Shown: positions 7,800 through 13,223 of the stretch, piece by piece | Layout of the letters: every line of letters begins with the position of its first letter | Numbering within the stretch: position 1 is the first letter of the stretch | Assembly (NCBI GenBank): GCA_043819555.1 | Contig: JBDREQ010000029.1 | Span: 1-13,223, forward strand | Source: Candidatus Zixiibacteriota bacterium | GTDB lineage: Bacteria; Zixibacteria; MSB-5A5; GN15; JAAZOE01 | Reading direction: 5' to 3' | Length of the DNA: 13,223 nt | Program-made: the position numbers and the translations under genes | The notes under the pieces: model-generated | The model's input: only the letters and a program-made list of their open reading frames with translations | Told to the model about the DNA's origin: nothing | Database searches by the model: none

Positions 7800-8981
7800 A
7801 TGTCGGTACGAGTTTTTTATAGATTTGCATTAATGATTTTATCAATGGCTTATATCATGGTTTTGTTGGCTTGCAGTGAAAATAAAGAGCCTTCACCGGC
7901 ACCTATAATAATGGATGTTACTGCTCCAGCAAAAGTATCCAATTTTAATGTGGATAGTGTTAATCTTGGTACCGCGTGGATGTCATGGACGGCATCAGGC
8001 GATGATGGTTCGGTGGGAACATCAACTGTATATGATCTGCGATATGCTAAAAACTCCGTTAACCTCGTAAATGATTGGAATAACGCCAATGTGGCCACCG
8101 GTTTGCCGGCGCCTCGGATTTCTGGGAGCAATGAATCCTATACAATGACTGGTTTGCCCTCTGATATAGTATATTACTTCGCAATTAAAGCTCGAGATGA
8201 TGCTGCCAATATATCCATGATATCGGATATTGATTCTGCTTATTGGGAGTCTCTAGACGGAATTTCACCCGGTAAAATATCTAATTTTCAAATTGACAGC
8301 ATATACCAGGGAACTGTTTGGATTTCTTGGATAGCTACCGGCGATGATGCGTATGTGGGAACAGCGACAACCTATTACCTTCGTTATTCTACTGATTCTA
8401 TGACTCTTATTAATAATTGGAATAATGCAATAAATGTCAGCGGTCTCCCAATTCCTCAAATTTCGGGCAGTGTCGAGACATTTTCAATAACTGGTCTTCC
8501 AGCTGACACCACTTTCTATTTTGGCTTAAAGGCTACAGATGAAATGGGAAATACGTCGCCAATTTCGGATATTGAGTCCGTTCAATGGAGCGCGATAGCT
8601 CGGTTGAGACTGCCCGAATTAATAACTGCCGACTGCGACGTTGTTTCTGTTCCCATGACCGCTCATAATCTTACAGGAGTGGCTGGTCTTGAAGTTCACA
8701 TCCGGTATGAGTCACAGCAAATGACCTATGATTCAGTGACATCGGATTATGTTAGTAATATGATAACCAATGCCGATGATAGCCTGGTTCATTTTATTTG
8801 GGCGGATATTAATAATCTGGTTACAATTCCGGATGGCCAACCAATGGTAACAATATACTTTTCTGATCTTATAGGGATAAGCCTACTAAGTTTTGATGCG
8901 GAAACACAGCTCGTTGATTACTCTGGCAACCCAATGACAGTGGAATTTACCCACGGTTCAGCAGAATGCTCGGGAAAATAA
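7800..8981 (+). CDS. Lipoprotein with two fibronectin type III-like repeats and a C-terminal cohesin-like domain
   Basis: SPII signal with lipobox LLA-C (Cys25 at 7872-7874). Two 114-aa repeats start at 7914 and 8256 (DxxxPxKxSNF...SWxAxGDD...YxLRY...W..A...GLPxP...YFxxKAxD). The C-terminal domain VSVPM...AGLEVHIRYESQQ...HFIWAD aligns with the cohesin-like domains of gene 1. Confidence 0.88.
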   Translation: MSVRVFYRFALMILSMAYIMVLLACSENKEPSPAPIIMDVTAPAKVSNFNVDSVNLGTAWMSWTASGDDGSVGTSTVYDLRYAKNSVNLVNDWNNANVATGLPAPRISGSNESYTMTGLPSDIVYYFAIKARDDAANISMISDIDSAYWESLDGISPGKISNFQIDSIYQGTVWISWIATGDDAYVGTATTYYLRYSTDSMTLINNWNNAINVSGLPIPQISGSVETFSITGLPADTTFYFGLKATDEMGNTSPISDIESVQWSAIARLRLPELITADCDVVSVPMTAHNLTGVAGLEVHIRYESQQMTYDSVTSDYVSNMITNADDSLVHFIWADINNLVTIPDGQPMVTIYFSDLIGISLLSFDAETQLVDYSGNPMTVEFTHGSAECSGK

Positions 8982-9090
8982 TAAGACATGCGCTGTATTC
9001 ATTTTGATCTGCCAGATGGAATTTTAGTGGAATTGGGAAACTTGATTTTGGATTAATCCCCAAATTGTATATCCGCTGTATCTGGCTTCT

Positions 9091-9103
9091 AATCAATAAA
9101 TTA
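9091..9103 (+). promoter_or_regulatory. Possible IHF-type binding site
   Basis: AATCAATAAATTA matches the E. coli IHF consensus WATCAANNNNTTR. A one-mismatch copy, TAGCAATGCCTTA, lies at 9413-9425 next to the att core. The AT-rich context makes chance matches plausible. Confidence 0.3.
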
Positions 9104-9361
9104 AGCATAAAAATAGGGAGATTATTGCGAATTCTTAGTCAAGTTTTAATCTATTTTATATTTTACTATTATGACATCTCGGTTTCACCAGAAAATCGGT
9201 GAGCCCAAACAACTTCGATGTTTGCAATGATTCATCTAGTAGAATTCAATCATTCAAGTCATAGGTACAAAAATGAATAATCAGAAGGTACACAATTTGT
9301 CTTCGGAAAAAGATATCAACAACTCATATTTGTCCTGTCAGGCATTCAAAAAAATCAATTC

Positions 9362-9383
9362 CGTTAGAAATTGAGTAGAAAAT
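9362..9383 (+). repeat. Left pair of 11-bp arm-type-like direct repeats
   Basis: CGTTAGAAATT (9362-9372) and GAGTAGAAAAT (9373-9383) each match 9/11 to the GGTTAGAAAAT pair at 9583-9604, in the same orientation. Confidence 0.55.
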
Positions 9384-9434
9384 ACTTCAAACCTACGTTG
9401 CAACATATTGCGTAGCAATGCCTTACGTTAATTA

Positions 9435-9455
9435 TGCGGAGGAGGTAGGATACGA
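9435..9455 (-). mobile_element. tRNA-Ser-like 3' fragment, putative integration (att) core
   Basis: The minus strand reads TCGTAT-CCTAC-CTCCTCC-G-CA. This parses as a degenerate T-loop, T-stem 3' strand, acceptor 3' strand (pairs with a GGAGGAG 5' end), G73 discriminator and partial CCA. The 5' part of the tRNA is absent. Confidence 0.7.
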
Positions 9456-9530
9456 CGAACGGCATTTTAGCTAACTTTATGACATATAGCTAATTACGCG
9501 TAATTTGATGCCTTTGTGCATGTTAAGTTA

Positions 9531-9580
9531 CTTGTAGTTCCGTGTAGTTCGATGTAGTTGCGTGTAGTTCCTAGTAGTTC
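9531..9580 (+). repeat. Five tandem 10-bp repeats, consensus nnTGTAGTTC
   Basis: cttgtagttc, cgtgtagttc, gatgtagttg, cgtgtagttc, ctagtagttc. The GTAGTT core is invariant at an exact 10-bp period. Confidence 0.9.
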
Positions 9581-9582
9581 CC

Positions 9583-9604
9583 GGTTAGAAAATGGTTAGA
9601 AAAT
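9583..9604 (+). repeat. Perfect 11-bp tandem repeat GGTTAGAAAAT x2 (arm-type-like sites)
   Basis: 9583-9593 and 9594-9604 are identical. Confidence 0.8.
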
Positions 9605-9659
9605 TCCCCCTATTTCTGAGAAAAATATATATTTCAACAGCTATATTTAAGGCTTTACT

Positions 9660-9802
9660 ACTGTCAGCCAGACTTGGTGACAGCGAGAATCAAGGCAATA
9701 TGAATATCGAAAAGCGGCACGATGACTGAGAACCTTGAGTTCGTGGCCGAACGAAATGGCCGAGGTAGATTCATAGTTACGACCAAGTTGGCTGTGCCAG
9801 CT
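9660..9802 (-). ncRNA. Candidate structured ncRNA of about 145 nt, family not recognised
   Basis: Nested inverted repeats: 9665-9678 with 9782-9794 (13 bp plus one bulge), 9699-9705 with 9769-9775, and 9715-9722 with 9741-9749. It begins about 7 nt downstream of a perfect extended -10. The strand is inferred from that promoter. Confidence 0.45.
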
Positions 9803-9808
9803 GCCCTA

Positions 9809-9819
9809 ATTATACCACA
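9809..9819 (-). promoter_or_regulatory. Extended -10 promoter TGTG-G-TATAAT
   Basis: The minus strand reads TGTGGTATAAT (TRTG-n-TATAAT; hexamer at plus 9809-9814). No -35 is recognisable. Predicted TSS is about 9802. Confidence 0.55.
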
Positions 9820-9845
9820 AGGAATGACAGGACTCCCGCTGATCA

Positions 9846-12800
9846 TTAAATCAATCTCTCTATTAGAAGGGAATCGATTTTGCCGCCCAAATAGTCTTTT
9901 ACGTTTTTTATAACAAGTTTGGATTTAAAGTCTACAACTCTAGATTTATCACTGCGCTCATATGTGCGAATCAATGATCCCCATGGATTATCTTCACCAT
10001 CTCTTTTCTGTGCATTTTTTTTCTCGCAAAAGTTTTGATATGAAAGAAATAATTCCAATGGGAGATGTTTATCCCGTTCAAATGTAGTATCTGAGTAGAA
10101 ATTTAAATCGAGGCTCATGCGCTTTCCCTTTACATTGATCTCCTGAGATAATTTTTTCATCTTATTGCCAGTTACAGGTTTTGTCATCTTCTTTATTCGA
10201 AGATTCAAATCTGATGATAGTACATCATGAATGTAGATATCAGGCATCACGAAAATAAGACAATCTATGTTTTTCTTTACAGCTCTTTTACCCTGCGCTT
10301 TTCGATGGATACCACATTCGTTTTTTAATAATCCAAAAGCATTCATTCCGCTAATATGTAAAATTATAGAGCACTTACCGGATTGACGATTACCAGGCTG
10401 TTCACCTATAATTTTGTAACGATAACCTCTGCGCCGGGACCAGTTGATATAAACTCCCAAAAGTTCTAACAGCCATTTAATTGTACTTTTTGAGGAATCT
10501 TCAGCCTGGAGAATCATAAATGTATCAGCAGAATCATGTTCTCCCTCGAGCAAAAGCTCCATTTCGGCAGACTCTAAGTCCTTTATTAATCCTACTACTT
10601 GCGCTTTTAACCTACCTATTTCCTGCCTGGATCGTTTTTTTTCAGGAATTTTTAAGATTGATGTAATTCTATCATATGTGGATATCCACTTATTCATTCG
10701 CTCTACTTTTTGATTATGCTCCGCATATCGTGCAAGTACTTGATTAGCTTCTTTTGGATTATCCCAAAAGCTTGGGCGCAGCATTTGATTTTGTAGATTC
10801 TCCTTCTGAGATAGCGTATTATCATAATCCAATTTTGATTTCAGAAGATGAATCCTACCTTCTAATGATGCAGCGATTTTTTTCAAACCTCTATCCGGAA
10901 CTTTTATATCCGAGGAAGAAAGTTCTTTCATCTCTAAATCTGTTACTGGTTTTTCTTCAATCAAATGTAATAATTCAGCGACTGGCTTATTCCTTCTCAT
11001 ATTAATACGTATCTGGCAATCATCCGGAAGTTCTTCTGAAACCAGTAAAGAAGCAAGCGGCACCGCAATAGCCTTTTCAACAGCACGCTTTATGTGACGC
11101 GCACCATATTTTGGATCATAACCTATCTCAATAATATAATCTTTAACAGTTGGATCGATATCAATCGAGAATTTTCCGGTTTTTATCCCCTTGCGCTCTA
11201 ATACTTTGCCGATTTCACGATTAATTATTATGCTTAACACATCTTTACTAAGAGGCCGAAAGCATATGACTCCATCAAAACGGTTATATATCTCCGGGCT
11301 AAAGAAGCCCCTAACCTCTTTTAAAACAGCCTTATTCAATTCCGTCAGATCCACCTTTGTATCCGAACCAAATCCTATTTTTTGAGATGAATAATTCATG
11401 GCTCCGATATTCGAAGTCATTATGATAATACATGATTTGAAGTACGCTGGTTTACCTTCACCATCCAATAGAATTCCCTCATCCAATAATTGCAAAAGTA
11501 GGTTGTGGATATCATGATGGGCTTTCTCGATCTCATCAAATAGAACTACGCTGAAAGGATTATCTCTAATTTCTTCAATAAACCGGCTACATTTCTTTGC
11601 ATCCTCATAATGCGAACCGATCAATTTGGAAACCGCATCACGTTCATTATACTCAGACATATTCAGACGTATTATACGGCTGGGACTGCCAAACAGGTAA
11701 TCTGCCAAGACTTTGGACGATTCTGTTTTTCCAACACCGGTGGGACCAACAAATAGAAAGCTCCTAATAGGTTTATTTTCATCGCACAACCTGGCTTTGA
11801 AGGATATAACCGCCTCAATTATAGATCCCATGGCATCCTCTTGGCCAAGTACCCTCTCATTGAAAAAACTCATTATCTTTTCCGGCAATATCTTTTGTTT
11901 CTGATCGACAATTAAATCAGGAATACCTGTCAATTCGCAAAAAGCCAAGGTTATATCATCTGGAGTTATTTGGATATTTCCCTTATTAGAGGAGCCCTTG
12001 GATAATTCAACCGCCTTAGATATAATATCAATGGCTTTACCAGGAAAGGCTTTATATGGTATAAACGCACCTGACAATTCAATGGCCTCAGTAAAACACC
12101 CCTGCTTAAAATCAACTTTCCGTCGTCCGATAATATTTTGGCTGGCGTTCTTCAATATATCGGGTAATTTATTTTCGGTCGGTTCATCCACCGTTACTTC
12201 TGTAATCAATCGTTGGAAGCGAGGTTCTTCCCAAAATATTTTGCGTGACTGTTCTTGAGTCATTTCACCTATAATTGTTATCTTGCCCTGCTCAATACGA
12301 GGAATGAGGAAATCCGAAAAACTCGATTTATCGTTACTACTTATTCCAGCACCGAATATATTCGTAATATCTTCAAAATACAGTAAGATTTTTTTATCAT
12401 TACCTCCAAGATTACACAATTCTTCCAGGCGCTCCTGCCATTGACCGATATAAATTGCCCCCGCTATGATTGAAACCGTAGAAACTTGAAAAATCGTATG
12501 GCCTTTGAGAGGTTTAGGACACTTGCCTGAATTGATGATGTGCGCAAGTTGACGAACTGCAGCGGTTTTTCCTACGCCGGTGGGACCTATAAGAATTATG
12601 CTCTTTTTCGAACTATAAGCAAGGATATCGACCATCTCAGAAACTAGATTTTCAATTTCAAAAGCCTGTTGCGATTTATTTTCGCGTACTAATGCGGAAA
12701 GATTATAACCATATTTGGATAATCCCTTATGGCTGTCTGAGGATATTATCCACGTTTTTCCCTGAACATATTCCAGACCCTTTTGAATTCCACTTTCGAA

Positions 12801-13160
12801 TGATTCCGGAAGATCACCGCTAATCTGTAATGCCCTGAAAAGCATCTCAGCCTTAACAAAATCCCCTTTGGCGGCAGTTAGCCAGGCCTCATAATACGAA
12901 GCCTCGTCTTCGTTATCCAACAATTCTAATTTAGATATACATTTTTTGAGAGAGTTTTGGGGATCAAAACTATGACTCTGATGATTATCAGCATATATAA
13001 GAAGATCGCGATAAAGCTGGCAGAACATAAGATATGCTTCATCGGTTTCAAATTCAAAATCTTTTACCCATTCTTTGAGTATACTCAGATGTGTTTTTTC
13101 ATCAATTTCAAGATACTGCGACTGGAGTTTTTCCATATCCAGATCATTCAATGCAGCCAT
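9846..13160 (-). CDS. ClpA/ClpC-family double AAA+ ATPase fused to a C-terminal GGQ-less RF2-like (PCRF) module; 5' end may lie beyond the window
   Basis: NBD1 has GPTGVGKT (12564-12587), pore loop AGAIYIG and atypical Walker B LLYFED. NBD2 has RVLGQ, FLFVGPTGVGKT (11724-11747), MSEY, VVLFDEIEKAH, IIMTSN, IGF, PEIYNRFD and YGARHIKR. The last ~340 aa match RF2 landmarks (LDYD, FWDNP, GEHDSAD, AFGLLKNECGIHR, WGSLIRTY, GKIDSLL). There is no in-frame stop between 13161 and 13223. Confidence 0.9.
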   Translation of the reverse strand: MAALNDLDMEKLQSQYLEIDEKTHLSILKEWVKDFEFETDEAYLMFCQLYRDLLIYADNHQSHSFDPQNSLKKCISKLELLDNEDEASYYEAWLTAAKGDFVKAEMLFRALQISGDLPESFESGIQKGLEYVQGKTWIISSDSHKGLSKYGYNLSALVRENKSQQAFEIENLVSEMVDILAYSSKKSIILIGPTGVGKTAAVRQLAHIINSGKCPKPLKGHTIFQVSTVSIIAGAIYIGQWQERLEELCNLGGNDKKILLYFEDITNIFGAGISSNDKSSFSDFLIPRIEQGKITIIGEMTQEQSRKIFWEEPRFQRLITEVTVDEPTENKLPDILKNASQNIIGRRKVDFKQGCFTEAIELSGAFIPYKAFPGKAIDIISKAVELSKGSSNKGNIQITPDDITLAFCELTGIPDLIVDQKQKILPEKIMSFFNERVLGQEDAMGSIIEAVISFKARLCDENKPIRSFLFVGPTGVGKTESSKVLADYLFGSPSRIIRLNMSEYNERDAVSKLIGSHYEDAKKCSRFIEEIRDNPFSVVLFDEIEKAHHDIHNLLLQLLDEGILLDGEGKPAYFKSCIIIMTSNIGAMNYSSQKIGFGSDTKVDLTELNKAVLKEVRGFFSPEIYNRFDGVICFRPLSKDVLSIIINREIGKVLERKGIKTGKFSIDIDPTVKDYIIEIGYDPKYGARHIKRAVEKAIAVPLASLLVSEELPDDCQIRINMRRNKPVAELLHLIEEKPVTDLEMKELSSSDIKVPDRGLKKIAASLEGRIHLLKSKLDYDNTLSQKENLQNQMLRPSFWDNPKEANQVLARYAEHNQKVERMNKWISTYDRITSILKIPEKKRSRQEIGRLKAQVVGLIKDLESAEMELLLEGEHDSADTFMILQAEDSSKSTIKWLLELLGVYINWSRRRGYRYKIIGEQPGNRQSGKCSIILHISGMNAFGLLKNECGIHRKAQGKRAVKKNIDCLIFVMPDIYIHDVLSSDLNLRIKKMTKPVTGNKMKKLSQEINVKGKRMSLDLNFYSDTTFERDKHLPLELFLSYQNFCEKKNAQKRDGEDNPWGSLIRTYERSDKSRVVDFKSKLVIKNVKDYLGGKIDSLLIERLI

Positions 13161-13223
13161 TTTCCATCCGGCAGCTGCAATTAATTTCTCATTTACAGTC
13201 CCGGATGTTTGCCGTAAAAAATT

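Noticed and set aside
8982..9100. Intrinsic terminator after the lipoprotein gene
   Set aside because: Only weak, dispersed inverted repeats are present (GCCAGAT/ATCTGGC about 60 nt apart, and GGATTAATCC), with no compact GC stem plus T-run.
9435..9510. Intact tRNA gene
   Set aside because: Only about 21 nt of the 3' end match. The 5' T-stem strand, anticodon arm, D arm and 5' acceptor strand are missing.
9531..9604. CRISPR array or plasmid iterons
   Set aside because: The units are only 10-11 bp with no unique spacers, and no cas or rep gene is present.
9665..9794. Integron attC site, retron msr-msd or MITE
   Set aside because: The RYYYAAC/GTTRRRY boxes are imperfect with no unpaired central spacer, no RT gene lies downstream on either strand, and there is no target-site duplication.
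9332..9833. 9-bp inverted repeat GTCCTGTCA / TGACAGGAC as element ends
   Set aside because: About one such match is expected by chance in a region this size, and there is no target-site duplication.
9664..9846. 60-aa minus-strand ORF overlapping the Clp-RF2 stop (TAATG)
   Set aside because: The overlap is suggestive, but it arises simply from tandem stops TAA-TGA. There is no recognisable motif or RBS, and the region is better explained by a promoter plus structured RNA. It is not fully excluded.
10821..10835. prfB-type +1 programmed frameshift at the LDYD position; calling the gene prfB or clpB
   Set aside because: The codons read TTG GAT TAT GAT in frame with no CTT-TGA site. GGQ/SPF and the ClpB M-domain are absent, so no gene symbol was assigned.
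184..13184. Short alternative-frame and antisense ORFs in the track (60-170 aa)
   Set aside because: They overlap the three long, motif-rich CDSs and show no recognisable domains. Their recurrence merely mirrors repeats in the main frame.

Overview
The window holds three large CDSs and a structured intergenic region of about 860 bp. Its architecture suggests an FCB-superphylum bacterium (Zixibacteria/Calditrichota-like; inference only). (1) A secreted multidomain protein of about 2,490 aa on + (probable start 239, stop 7714). It has a Sec signal, three near-identical jelly-roll repeats, two duplicated 7-bladed beta-propellers, three Cys-rich Ig-like spacers, a BACON-like domain, cohesin-like domains, a dockerin-like module and a FlgD-Ig/T9SS-type C-terminus. 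(2) A probably co-transcribed lipoprotein (7800-8981) with two FN3-like repeats and a C-terminal cohesin homologous to those in gene 1. A perfect hairpin with no U-tract separates the two genes. (3) A convergent gene on - (9846 to at least 13160; the frame stays open to the window edge). It fuses a ClpA/C-type double-AAA+ ATPase, which keeps the ClpP-docking IGF loop, to a full-length RF2-like module lacking both GGQ and SPF. This is a candidate ribosome-docking unfoldase and the most notable item. The intergenic region contains a tRNA-Ser-like 3' fragment (att core) with paired 11-bp arm-type repeats on both sides and five helically phased 10-bp repeats, giving an attP-like junction with no integrase in the window. 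It also contains a rod-shaped candidate ncRNA of about 145 nt behind a perfect extended -10 promoter. All domain calls come from motif recognition by eye; no searches were run.
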